Below, one piece after another: positions 24,871 through 37,771 of a stretch of 64,000 nt of DNA. Source of the DNA: Lama guanicoe (lineage: Eukaryota); contig MU054187.1 in assembly GCA_013239625.1 (NCBI GenBank), forward strand, positions 16,694,941 through 16,758,940. The letters run 5' to 3'. Each line of letters starts with the position of its first letter. The first letter of the stretch is position 1. Below the pieces are notes generated by a model. That model was given only the letters and a program-made list of their open reading frames with translations. It searched no databases and was not told the DNA's origin. The translations under genes and the position numbers were made by a program.

Positions 24871-25946
24871 ATAATGAACTAATCAAGAGGAAATACTGTC
24901 TCTCTGGAAAAATTTAAAGTTTTTATTTTTTCTAATAGTAAGGCACTTGAAACTCTCCTCACCTTTTCCTCCAGCTATTGGGAAGTACAGGGTCAAGTGT
25001 GAGAACAAAAGTTATTAGCTATGTTAACCCTCATTTTTGGTGTATTTAAATTCTTTATTTCCCTCTATGGAGAGTTTCACATCAGTGACTTTAGATTATA
25101 TAATTAAAAAAAATAAGGGGTATGTGTGTGTGTCAAAAGAGGTGGGTAAGTAAATAATTTCAACAAATACCATTTCAGAAAATAACAGTATCTTCCTTGG
25201 CACTTTTTGATACTTACAGGTGCATCGGATTATTAAGGTATTTTTTTTAACATGCTGTAAAATAAATAAGATGAACTTTTCATACGAAGAAAATTTTCAC
25301 ATGAAGAAAATTGTATTCCAGCACCAGGAGAATAAATCTCCCCCTTTTTGAAATGTATAATTCTAATCAGTGCACAGAAATCTGAATATATTTACTATAT
25401 CCAACATTTAATTCTATAAATTTTAAATAATTTTCTTGACATAAATACTATGTTTCACCCCTGCAAATACCTAGTCAAACATTTAGATCAAATATATAAA
25501 TGGTATTGTGCTAAACATTGAAGTCTAAGGTCTGTGAGCTAGATTTTTGAGAAATTTAGGGAAAAACATTGAGATATACAAATTCATTATCATATAGAGG
25601 AAGAATATCTAGAAAAACACGTGCCAACCCACTCACATAAGTTCTCAAATTTGGTAAATCGGTTTTCACACCAAAGACAGTTAATTATTTCCGACACTGG
25701 GAATTTGTTTAACCGCCTTATAAATAATAATGAAACAGGTCAATCATGTAATCTATTGTAATTAGGATATGTATCAATTATGGTAGAATTTGCAATCAAT
25801 ACCTTAAACTAATGAAATGTGTGTACGTGTAACTTGGGGACACTCTTTGAATGAGTGAATTCATGGTTTTGTTATACAATTCATTTTTCAAACAGAGCAC
25901 AATACCTGTTTACTGATATTGGTATTGTTATGTTTTATATAATTAG

Positions 25947-26150
25947 CAGATGTCTGCTGATATATGTTTAACAGCCACTCTCTGGGGAAAAAAATAAGTC
26001 TTGATTTGCAATGTTTGCCAATTTCCATGGTGTAGATTCTCCTACCACACCCAATTTAAGCTACCAACATGAGGTTGCCTCATACAGAGTTAGAAAGAAA
26101 AGCTCACAGTTGGCTCTCGTGAGCTGTAAGCCAGCTGCAACACACCACGA
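25947..26150 (-). mobile_element. MER63A hAT-Blackjack MITE
   Basis: gtttgccaatttccatggtgta...aagctaccaac...ggctctcgtgagc...cacaccac matches MER63A in reverse. Confidence 0.85.
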
Positions 26151-26609
26151 CCAAACCCTTATCCTTCCATAGATTTCCAGTAGAAATGCACTGTTTTAAT
26201 GGAGATAGACGTCTTTTAATAAAATGAATAAGGTAGCCATATATGTGAGGCAAATTACCTCAAAGAGCTGTACTCAAGGATTCCTTTTTTTTCTCTCTGA
26301 ATTTCCTCAAACAATGAAAGGCAATAGAGTTCAAGTTTGTTGTTGTTGTTGTTGTTTATTTCTAATTAAGCCTGAGGTGATAATTTTCTAAGAATTGTAT
26401 GTAAAATTTCAAATGCAGGAAAGCTTTGCCCATCCATTCTGTTGTCTGGGTTGCTTGAACATTGCTCTTAAATTGGATCCCATAGTCTGTTTTCCTTGAT
26501 AGGTCTCAGAAAATATGAAAATACCAGCTTTTGAGCAGGTTCTGTTTGAATGTACATCTGTAATCGATGCCGTGTATTCACATATTAGTGTTTGCTTTTC
26601 TTTCTACAG

Positions 26610-26715
26610 CTTTTGAAACTTTTCCAGATGCCACTACAAGTTAGTTCTAAAAGATCAGGTCTCTGAAGAGATGCACAAAGGTTTTGCTGAGAAAGGATAT
26701 GAGATTTCTTCATCT
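26610..26715 (+). other. Candidate 106-nt exon (5' UTR or lncRNA)
   Basis: Strong acceptor tttgcttttctttctacag| and donor TCT|gtaagt, with an alternative acceptor at 26627. Lies in unique sequence. From 26610 all three frames contain a stop. Confidence 0.6.
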
Positions 26716-27151
26716 GTAAGTTGAAGACAGCATAATACTATGGAAGAAAACAACTTAGATTTTCTGGTCAATGTCTATTGTGTAGAAAATATCCCCTGCT
26801 TAAATAAGCAATATTTTAGGTAATATTAGTAAAAATTGTGCAAGGTCACTGGTTACTTAAACTAAAGCTTCTTTGAATGTTTGCTTTAAAAATATTCAGA
26901 TGGTTGCAGCTTCATCTGTCACATATATTTGATATTTTGGGGATTTTTCAGAGTGATGTACAGGCAAAGGCATAAGCATGAAAAATGTCTGAATCAAATA
27001 AAACCAAATGTCTTCCTGAGCCATTGAAGTTTTTATATTTTTATTGTATTTTTATGAGTTTTCTAGAAGGGATTGTCTTCCAGAACACTGTAGGTTCATC
27101 AATCCAGAAAATATTTCTGCAATAATAACCTTGCTCTTTAGATTTCTTTAG

Positions 27152-27393
27152 ACCTCTTTCCCAAATTGTGTACCAGAGCACACAAGTGTCCCATGAGATG
27201 CTCCTGAAAGAAAAGGGGGGGCGGAAACAGTTGTATACACTGCCCCTCCCCCATTAAAGAGTCAAGATGTGCATAAGAATATTAAGGACTCTGAAAAGTC
27301 CTGCAGAAAAGAAATCTTTCAGTTGTATTGACTATGGATCCTCCTTGTAAGTTTTCCTACTAACATGCATGAAACATACTTTTGGGAATATCT
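27152..27393 (+). mobile_element. MER103C-like hAT-Charlie element
   Basis: tttcccaaattgtgt...atgagatgctcc...atattaaggactctgaaaagtcctgcag...ttttgggaa. Confidence 0.75.
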
Positions 27394-27559
27394 TATGTAC
27401 AAAATCTTTTTGAAAAAAATATTGAATTTATACTGTTCTTATCAGTATTATTCAATGCATAGCCAACTCAAAAGTTCAGAAACAAGTTTCTAAATTTTCT
27501 AAACATTGAGAATAACAAAAATGGACTCAAAAGATAGAGATATATTAAATAAAACAATG

Positions 27560-28640
27560 ATCATGGAAGGAATTCATTATGTTGTTAATCGAGGGTGTTG
27601 CCTTAAAAATACCACAGAATTTCATGGATGAATATTTTCAAACCTTCAAAGAACAGGTAATTCCTATGCAATTTAAATTGTTTCAGGCATAGAAAATAAA
27701 GCATTCCAATTCTTAGGAAAAAAAAAAAAACACAACTCATATGACATTGATTCCAAAATCTGACCAAGACACCACAAAAAAAGAAATGATAAATCATGTG
27801 ATTTATGAATATTAATACAAAACAGCAAATAAAATCCAGAAAATATAATCCAACACTACATTAAAAGAATAATATGCCATGACCAAGTGGGATTTATTTC
27901 AAGAATGCAGGACTGTTTAACAATATGAAATCTCCTAGTGCAATTGACTTCAGATCAAAGAAGAAAAACTCTTCATAAAATAGGAAGAGAATGATACTTC
28001 TTTAAATAAAATTATATGCATATCTTGAACCAGTTGTTAACATTGCTCTTGGTGATGAAACACTTCAAGCATTCCTCCTGAAGTCAGAAATAAGGCAGGT
28101 GTATGCAGTTTCCCCATTACTGTTTAATATTTTTCTGGAAATGTTATAGACAATTAAATTAGACAAAGGAGCGAAATAATGATGATAAACATTGGAAAAG
28201 GAGCAATATCATTATTTACAGGTAATATGATTGTATATTTGAGAAACTCAAGAGAATCAATAGGAAAAAATACTAATAGAAAGAATAGAGGAACACAGTA
28301 ATGTGGTCACGAAATATATAGACCAGCTTTCATAAAACCATAAGCAAGAGAATGATATAGGGAAAATATTCCAGTTATAATTGCAAATAATAAAAAACTA
28401 ATAATATGCCAATTAATTTACCTTAGGATAAATGTAACAAGAAATATATTGTTGTTAAATGAAGAATGAGATTTGAATGAATGGTTATGTATACCTTTTT
28501 TTCTAGATAACAATATACACTATTATAACTATGAAAAAGTTATTCTAATTAAGATACATACCCATTGTAACTCGAATTAAAATCTCAACAGAACAACTCT
28601 GATACTCACCTGGAATAAAAAATATGCAAGAATAGGCAAT
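27560..28640 (+). mobile_element. Ancient L1 ORF2 (reverse transcriptase) fragment
   Basis: Decayed HDQVGFI, AF-LKS-IRQ-Y--SPLLFNI-LE and SLFTGNMIVYL (from SLFADDMIVYL) motifs. Confidence 0.85.
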
Positions 28641-29664
28641 CTATTTTAGTATTTTTCAAGTTTCTACCATGAATAATATGATGGAAAATAACATTAGCCA
28701 AGTAAGAGAAAATCCCTAAGGTCTCACTGGCTTCATATAATGAAAGTTTATATGTCATTTTAAGTCACAGTCCAGTGCGGGCGTGCCTTGTTGGATGTAT
28801 CTTTTTGTGCCTCAGGGATCCAGGCTCTTGTTATCTTGTGGGTCATCTCTGCTTAAGTCTTCCCAGTTCTACTTGTTAGAGTTGCTTCTTAACGTCTTTT
28901 CCCATAAACATGCCTCACCCTCAGGACAGATTTCAGACACACAGTCTTAACTGTTTGCGAAGCTTGGGCATAAAATCTAGCCGTGTACGATGAAGCTAAT
29001 GAAATCTATTTTGACAAAGCAGAGCAATCTTGGCAACATGTTTATGATCAGAAACAAAAAAGCAGATTCTAAAATACATAATGTGTATCACTGTATCTGT
29101 CTCAAAGAACTATTGATGATCCAGTGGGCTAAAGGGTATCAATGCTTTTTAAAATAGAGGTAGACTTTCCCTCTTAGACTGAATAATACTATCTTGCAAA
29201 GAGAAGCTGATTGCTTTTAGCCTTATGGTGTGTAGAAACGTGCCTTAGCATTTGTGCACAGCTGGGCTAACTGGAGAAGCTACGTGGGGAGATTTTCTAG
29301 TAGTTCCCAGTGCCTCATACTGTTTAAGAAACAAAACTACACAAAAGTTTGTGTGGGCTTGGTGCTTGCTCCTACATCTGGAACATAGAATGAACAAAGC
29401 AGATAGAACTCAATCTGGCGAGTGTATGGTGCCGAAGACATGTTGAGAACACGGGTGTCTTTCAACAATTGTTACAGTCTGTGAACATTGATTTTATGTT
29501 GTACAAACTGTGAGCTTGGGAACTTATACAAGGATGTTTCCTAAACATGTATGTTAAGTGTAGCCACTTCATAAGGTTTTTGTAAGAAGCAATTATAATG
29601 ACGTACGCAAAATTACTGTTTTGTACAAGCAACGCACACTTCGGCAGATCTTTTAGATCTTTAT

Positions 29665-29900
29665 TCTTTCCTCAAATATACATTGAGCGCTTATAGCACC
29701 CAGACACTGTTCAAGGCTCTGGGGATGGTGATATTGATGAAAATGGACATACTTCCTGCTTTCAGAATTTCCAGTTGGGGGTGGATGGAAAGCAGGGGGC
29801 AGAAAATGAATACATAAACAAATAGAAAAGATAATTTCAGATAGTGATAAGTGCTCTGAGTGATATTAAACAGGCTAATGAGCTAGAGAATGGAAGGGAG
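29665..29900 (-). mobile_element. L2 LINE 3' fragment
   Basis: cattgagcgcttatagcacccagacactgttc...gataatttcagatagtgataagtgctctg. Confidence 0.75.
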
Positions 29901-31035
29901 CACGGTCTGACCATGTGAACTGGACCGGCGTGCTACATTTGAGAAGACAGCACTGGAGAAGACATCTGTATCACAAGAGGAGCAAGTTTTGGAAAAAAAA
30001 AACACTCAATAAATGTCTGCTGAATGAATGTGTGTCCTTATTTATTTTTGGTTTAAATTCGTTTTGACACCCTGAAGTCAAAAGTAAACTGTTTTCAACA
30101 GCTTAAATAGCTCTAAATCTACATACAAAGGATTTTCGTGAGCTGAATGAAGTTGTATGTTTGGACATCAGGCAGAATGATAGCTCAATCTGTCAGCTTT
30201 TTTTAACGAAAAGAGACACTTTAAAAAGGAGTAGAATTTTGAATTTTGTGATGGATGTAGCACTTGAATTTCGCCACAGATGTAAATGCGACTTCTACTT
30301 CTGGCCACTGTCCCCTGGTCTCTGCTTTCACACTCACACGGATCACTTTCTTCCCAGCACTATCACTTCCATCACGCCATTCTTGGCGATTCATCCCTGC
30401 GGCTCCCCCGCCATCCCAGCAATTAAACAACACCACCTGTTTCCTCATCTATAAATTTGAACTAATAATTCCTTCCTAGTCACTCGACAGACTGATGTCA
30501 GAATCAATTAGCATGATTTATGTGAAAATACTATGTTATCATAAAGCATTATTTTATTTTTTTCTAGGTTTATAGAATAGTTTTTCCAAAAGTACTATTT
30601 TAAATTATTTAGTATAAAGGATACTTCACTACACTTATTCTGTATAATTGCCTGACATTTTGGGTAAGCATGCAAATATCTATTTAATCCTGCTCATTTA
30701 TATCAATAGAATGGATTAAAAATGCCAATATTTCAAAACATTCAATATTTTCAAAGTCAAATTCTATTGTTTTGTATACTATACCTGTGATTATTTTTGA
30801 AAGACACCCCAGATACGGATCTGTTTGTGATAATATACATGTAATTGTACATGTAAATACAAACAACAAAATCTAAACCCCTGTGTTCAATTTAAACAAA
30901 GATATAAGGTAATAAAGTTTTCAAGTGTAGGTCACCCTGTCTCATCCCTGCCACCAGCATATGTCCCAAGTCCCCCACTCAGGACACTACATACTTGATC
31001 CTGTTGGAAATTCTTAGCAAAGGTGAGTTTTCTTT

Positions 31036-31390
31036 TTATTTTTTTAAATTGAAATATAGTTGATTTACAATGTTTTAGGTGTACAGCCAAGTGAATTAGT
31101 TATATATGTATGTGTATATATATATATATATATATGTTCTCTTTCACATTCTTTTCCATTATAGGTTATCAAAACATATTGGTGCTTACCTGACAGGGGA
31201 GATACCATGATCAGGAAGCTGGTTTTCCCAGAAAGAGGTTTATCCATTGCACTCTGGATGTGCTGACCCCCGCGATTTCCCCAAACTCGATGCATAAAAT
31301 GTGATAGTGGGAGACTGTGTTCACGGTTAAAAAAAAAAAGAATATTGGATATAGATCCCTGTGCTATATAGCAGGTCCTTGTTATTTATC
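31036..31390 (-). mobile_element. Artiodactyl-type L1 3' tail, interrupted by a U1 retrocopy
   Basis: ttgaaatatagttgatttacaatg...ggtgtacagc...ttccattataggtta [U1] atattggatatagatccctgtgctatatagcaggtccttgtt. Confidence 0.85.
31182..31339 (+). pseudogene. RNU1: U1 snRNA processed pseudogene
   Basis: Clear match to U1 (cttacctgacaggggagataccatgatc...atccattgcactctggatgtgctgacccc...), followed by poly(A) at 31329-31339 and flanked by an ATATTGG duplication. Sm site mutated, 9-nt deletion in stem-loop 3. Confidence 0.95.
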
Positions 31391-33127
31391 AGTTATGGTT
31401 TGTAGAGCGTTTTAATGTACCAGTGTCAATTCACTAAATGGGTATGTTGACTTTCTCCACTGTTTCATTCACAGGAAAAAAAAATGAACTTCTGGTTAAT
31501 TAAACGCATATCTAAACATTAAATAAAGACCATTTCCCAGCATTCCTTTAAAACACAGTGTGTGAGTGAATCCTAGTGTCAGCTCTCAGACTTTTGTCTC
31601 CTCTGCATCTTGTTGTCACTCTGTCTGGCTGTGTCTTCCAAGGAAGTGTTTTAGAAAATTTTGATGATTATCATCCACTTCATGAATATGAATTCTTGGG
31701 GTTGAAAAGATCACAGAGCAAATGAAAATAAGCAGGAAAAAACAAAACCCATCACTGTGTTGAGAATTCTCTGACAGGAGGGCATAAGTTGATCAAAGAG
31801 AGCCCTGCAATATTGCTCCATAAATAACTTACGTGACTTGATTTTAGAGATAGAACATTCCAGAAGTTGTGTGATAAGGATGCTGGCTACCCTTCGATAA
31901 GCCTTTTAAAGATGCTACTGGTTTAGTGTTTAATATACGGTACAATTTGGTAAGGTAACATGAAGTTACTTATGGTAAAGCCTTTTTCTCAGCATTAATG
32001 GCAACTTTGCTAGGAAAAACTAGTTAATTCCTTAACTCCATTCTCAATTATGCCAGAAATCACTGTGATTTTCCACCAAGAGCTATTTAAAGAATCATTG
32101 GTAAAAGATTCTAGTGCAGATGGAGAACTCTTACCCAGAATTAAGCCTTCTGTCAAACATTACTATGGATTTTCTCTCTTTTTTTTTAACCAAGACTCTT
32201 TATTTCTTAGGAAATGGGGCTGTGCTCATTTCCATTCTTTCCAAGTGGGTGTCAATTTTGGATCTGTAAGCATAAATTCAGGCCAATTCCTGGATGTGCT
32301 GTCGGTGAAGAACCTATGTGTCAACAGCCCTCTGGAAGAGCAGTTCAGTTTCCCCCAGAAGAAGCATTCTTTTTAGGGAGAAAATTTATGTTGATGATTT
32401 TCAAATTATTGGAACTCCTCGGGCAATTTTCCAGCTGGCCAACCCCTATGCACTGACTTAAAAAGTGCCAATTTTGGATTTTTGGCAGTCGCTAGCATGA
32501 CCTGGTCAACTTCAAGAGGCAGCTCAGGGAGAGATTTCAGCATCCACATTTTAACACAATTACCAGTTTGCTTCTGGATGAAATCCAGCACTTTATTTTT
32601 AATATATGAGGCTCAATATCTCTTTAAAATCACTTTCTCTTTATGTTCTATTTGTGAGAAACTGAAGAGGCTCTAAGTTAGGAAAAATCTAAAATGAAGT
32701 CTTCTTTCATTTGTAGATTTTAAAACTACTTTCTTTGATTGTCTGACATGTTTGCTTACTCTAGGAGGTTCAGGTTTTCTCTATTCAGGCAATTGACTGT
32801 ATGGATGTTTAGAATGTTAATAGTCAACGTTCAGAATTCTAAAAAAGATGGCGATTACTGCAATATTTATAGAAAATGTGAAATAAAGGTTAAATATCTA
32901 CTAATTTTTAAAAAATAACCCATTTTAAAATGTTTCCATTCATTTGGTGATCACTTTGTATTTTTGGTGGAATTTATTTATAGATTCAATATAATAATGA
33001 TTATCTTTCACCTCTTAAGCAGTCTGAGAATACTATTACAAAGGAATGAGGCTGTGTCTCTGAAAGAGAAGAACTGTGTGTTCTCTACCTTGTAGTCCTA
33101 CAGGGCACCACAGTGCCTAGCTTTGAA

Positions 33128-33130
<3 letters not shown>

Positions 33131-33168
<38 letters not shown>
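33131..33168 (+). repeat. (CA)n microsatellite
   Basis: Directly visible. Confidence 0.95.
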
Positions 33169-33170
<2 letters not shown>

Positions 33171-34191
33171 TGCACACGAACGAATGTTCACCATGCATAT
33201 CTAACAGCCTCTGGGAAGAGCAAATGTTTATCACTAATGATAATAGAATGCAAGTGGGTTGAAAAGTTCTAAACTGCGAGGGAACAGCTTACTGGTGCCC
33301 TTACAGATGCTAAAGAAAAGAGAGACATAAATCACCTTTGAAAGTGTGACCATGAATAGATGACCTACTTTATCCAAATCTTAGTTTCCACACCTGCAAG
33401 ATGAGGATAATAATACTCAACTGATGTGACCATTATGAGTATGAATCGAGCACAGTGCCTGGTACCTTGTACTTATTTAACAAATGGTAACACTTCTGAG
33501 AAACAGTATGGGCTTTGGAATCAAAGTGTCCTGGGTTTGAATTCTGGCTCTATCATTTACTGTCTGATGATTGGGCAAATTAATGAATTGTTCCTCATTT
33601 TTCATCTAGTTTTAGATGAATAAGTGAAATAAAGTATATAAAGTATGCAGCCCAGGTATCAATACATGATGCTTTTATGATTAATAGAACATGACGAGTT
33701 TGAGGATGTCCCAGTGGTAAAACTGGGTGGCCCCAGCTGGTTCAGGGCTGTTCAATTTGCCTCCCACGGTGCTAGTTTATTGGACGGACACTCTCTCTAC
33801 TTTATTTGTTTATGTAAAATGTAAAATATATTGCTTTTCCAGACGAATTTTCATCTGAAGAAAGAGTTGTGTCACGAAGAGAAGCTTGAAAAACATCCAC
33901 TTGTTCCAAACTCATTAATTCACAGATGCAGTAATTGCAGCTCGGAAAGTTAATAAGGAAGCAGTCAGGACTGGAATCCAGGTCAGCAGAATTCTCACTC
34001 CAAGTTAGACGACGTTTCCACTGTTTCATTCTCCGTTGTACTTTAGTTTTCACTTTAATTATATGACTTTGGGAACGGAGACAACTTTTGCAGTTTTCTT
34101 CTTGAACTATGTGCTAATTAAAAAGAAATGTTTCAAAATTTGTTTTAAAGAATTGCTGAGAAAGAAATGAGGGGAAAATAGTGTTATTAGG

Positions 34192-34250
34192 TGTATTAGT
34201 CTGGTTACTTCAGGGAAACAGAACCAATAGGAGATACATAGCTCTGTCTG

Positions 34251-34310
<60 letters not shown>

Positions 34311-34777
34311 CCTACCTATCTATCTATCTATCCATCTATCTAAAGAGATTTGTTATAAGGAATTGGCTCATGCTTATAGAGATTAAAAGTCTCAGGATCT
34401 CCAGTTGGCAAGCTGAAGTCCTAGGAGAGCCAGTGGTAGAGTTTCAGTCTGAGTCTGGGAGTCTGAAAAACAAGAGAGTCTACGGTATTAAGTTTCTGTC
34501 CAAGTTTGAGTCCAAAGGCAAGAAGCCCCAGGTCCCAGCTCGAAGACCATCAGGCAGAGAGCAATTCTCTCCTCCCTGGAGTTGTGCTCTATCCAGGCCT
34601 TCAGTGGCTTGGATGAGGCCCACCCACTGGGGAAGGCAATCTGTTTTACTCAGTCTACCAATTCAAATGTCAGTCTCCTCTGGAAACACCCTTCCAGATA
34701 CATCCAGAATAACATTTAACTTAATATCTGGGCACACCATGGCCCAGTTAGGGTGACGTATAAAATTAACCATTACG
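34192..34777 (-). mobile_element. MLT2B-like ERVL solo LTR with an internal (TCTA)n expansion
   Basis: gaaacagaaccaatagga...ataaggaattggctca...ggatgaggcccaccca...taaaattaaccattac. 5-bp TSD TTAGG/CTAGG. (TCTA)n at about 34250-34341. Confidence 0.9.
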
Positions 34778-34813
34778 CTAGGTAGAATACATCTTTATCA
34801 CTGATTCCAAGTA

Positions 34814-35263
34814 CAAGAATACCTAGTTTTATTGCATTTCATTTTATTGTGCTTTGCAGATATTTCATTTTTTACAAATTGAGGGTTGTGGTAACTCGGC
34901 ATGGAGCAAGTCTACCAACATTGTTTTTCCAACAGCCTGTGCTCACTTCATGTCTCTGTGTCACATTTTGGTAATTCTCAGGATATTTCAAACCCTCCAC
35001 TGGCAAAACAATTATGACTTGCTGATGGCTCAGATGATGGTTGCAATTTTTAGGAAGAAAGTCTTTTTAAAATTAAAGTATGTACCTTAATTGCTTTTTT
35101 AGACATAATACTATTGAATGCATAATAAACTACAGTATATGGTAAACATAACTTTTATATATACACCGGGAAACCAAAAAATTTGTGTGACTTGCTTTCT
35201 TGCAATATTTGCTATATTGCAGTGGTCTGGAACTGAACCCACAATATCGCCAAGGTATGCCTG
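34814..35263 (+). mobile_element. Tigger1 internal-deletion derivative (Tigger1a-like MITE)
   Basis: Tigger1 5' end joined to its 3' end at about 34994. TIRs caagaatacct/aggtatgcctg, with a TA TSD on both sides. Confidence 0.9.
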
Positions 35264-37643
35264 TATAGATTTTTAAGCTGTGCTTGTATTTACCAATATC
35301 AATATTTACTCATTTCAATACATGAAAATTTAATTTTCCATATGTCTGAAATAAATTGTCTATATATTCTAATGTGTTCCCCCAACATAAAATACTTACA
35401 TTACATTGTATGAATTTTTCTGCTTTATGATAATTTACTGCTTAAGTGACCTGTCTATCAACTAGGTCAACATTACTTTATTATATTTAGAGCTATTGTT
35501 ATTCTGATATTAGTTCATGGTATTTGATGGTAGTTCCCTTAAGTCTTGAGTTTCCCTTAAATCTTCTTGGTATACACAAATATTCTGAAGTAAAGAAGTC
35601 AAGTGACTCAAATGGATTTATTTTTAGTCCAGAAGAGAAATACTACCATGGCAACTGTAAGAAATAAAGTAATGGCAAGGATTTTCTGTTGTCATTCATG
35701 CATAGCAAAACAGAAAAGTGTGAATTAATCAGGTCATCTGTCTACACTATCCAGCTCCTGAAGATTATTATACCGTCCCTCAGAAGAGAAAGGGGGAAAA
35801 ACAATACTTTCTTTCCTCTTATATTTGACATTTTATGGAATTATAAAAACAATTAGGAAACATGTCATTCAATTCTTATGTTGATGGTACTTGATAGCAT
35901 ATTCTATCCCATAGTTGATAAATTTTGACATCTATTTATTAAGATGTATATTAAATTCTCCAAAAAATTGAAAGGTAGCATGTTAATAGATGCATTTCTA
36001 TCTCTAAAATACCAGCTTTAGTAACTGTCTAAATATTGAAATCATTACTCAACGAAAATCCATCTGAAGTTATGCTGTACTTCTATTTGAGCAAATTATT
36101 ATTAATTTCTACTCCACCAATTCAGCATTTTTTGAGTATTTGACCAGGATGTGGATGAGGTTCACAGAAGGTTTGTGAGTAGCAAAAGTTGCATCCTGAT
36201 GGACATTTAATAGAACAAACTTGGAACACTTTGGAAGCACTTTTCTATATATAATATTTTTGCTTAGAAAGTTGGTCAGTAGGCTATTTTCCTTAATCTC
36301 CTTACGTCGTTAGCACTGGTAAGCACCCTCTCTTTCTTAAACATTCACTCCTCCTGGATTCTGTGGCACCACATTGCTATCTGGCAACAATAAAAATCCA
36401 CCCTAGCGTCTCAGTGGGAATATGCACAACCAAGCCTCCAGACCACCTGTGGCATCTTTCCTCCACGGATTTTCCTCCTTGATTGCAGCTTCTGTCTGAT
36501 CATGTCGTACTTGACTTCCGTGTTACCGTCAGAAGCTTTGCTACGATCTGCCCCAGGTGCCTGGGCTCTGGCAGGCCAGACCCCTTCTCCCCTTATATCC
36601 TGGCTCCAGTGGGTCCAAGACAGTGTGTTTCTTCTGGTTTTATTCAGTAGAGCTGTCTCCATTGCCTCCACTTCCTGTTTCATAATCGTGACTCATGCAC
36701 TACTGGTTTATTTTCCTCCCTCATCACATCAGCACGGCTCAAAGCCTCAGTTGCCTCTTTACAGCGGAATCCGTAGCAGCTGTGGTCTCTCTCCTGGGCT
36801 TCCACCCCACATTTAAAACCACTTGCCAGACATGTTTTGGGGTGTTCATTCTCGCCTCAAGTGAACAGCTTTCCCGTACCTTCCATTGTTCTGTATCGTT
36901 GACAATGACAACGGTGTTATCTTTGTAATCTAAGGCGTTCTGTTTTATTCCACATTAAGGCTGTTGCTAGATTGCAACTTTTACAACTTCTCTTAGAGAT
37001 GACATTTCTTAGCAGTTCTTGCTTTTTTGACCTCACCTATTGACTGCTAATTCTAATTCACCAACAAATGGAGTCTGTCTTCCCTAATCTGTTCCATGTA
37101 CTTCAGCTAGATTACACCTCCTAGAACATTGCTCTATGCATATCCCTGTCTGGATCCAAACCACCAGTGACTATCTCTGCCCAATGGACTGGAGTCCACA
37201 TTCGTAACTCATCATTTAAAATCTTATAGATTCTGGCCCATCCCACCTTTTCCCACATATCACACACGACTCCCTCCTTCCAAACACAATTTATTTGCAG
37301 TGTCCCTGTGTGCCTTCCATATTAGTCTCCTCACTTTTTCATACAGAATTTGCTTCACCCAGAACGATAACCCTCATCACCACTGCTCTGGATTTTGGTC
37401 ATTCTTTAATCATTCTTTAGTCCAATTAACATTTCACCTCTTTCATGAAATTTAAGACAGGTCATTTTTTTGAACCTTTAAAGAACACCTTTCACTCATT
37501 TGGTGAAATTGTCAACATGTAATATTAACATACACTGTCTTTGAGGCAAAATTCTTTCTTCTCAAAATTAATGTAAGTTCTTTGAGGAAAGTGTCTTAGG
37601 AGTTTTGTATTCCCATTGTCTATATTAAATTGCCTATAATTTG

Positions 37644-37771
37644 TTTTTGCTTGTTTTTATGAGGGGGAGGTAATTAGATTTATTCATGTTTGGATGAGGT
37701 ACTGGGGATTGAACCCAGGACCTCATGCATTCTAAGCATGCACTCTACCACTTGAGCTGTACCCTCCCTGC
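37644..37771 (-). mobile_element. Camelid-type tRNA-derived SINE (vic-1-like)
   Basis: gggggaggtaattag...gaggtactggggattgaacccaggacctcatgcattctaagcatgcactctaccacttgagct. 13-bp TSD TGCCTATAATTTG at 37631-37643 and 37772-37784. Confidence 0.95.

Noticed and set aside
34181..34756. 191-aa ORF with (YLSI)n repeats
   Set aside because: It lies almost entirely within the MLT2B LTR, and the repeat is the translated (TCTA)n microsatellite.
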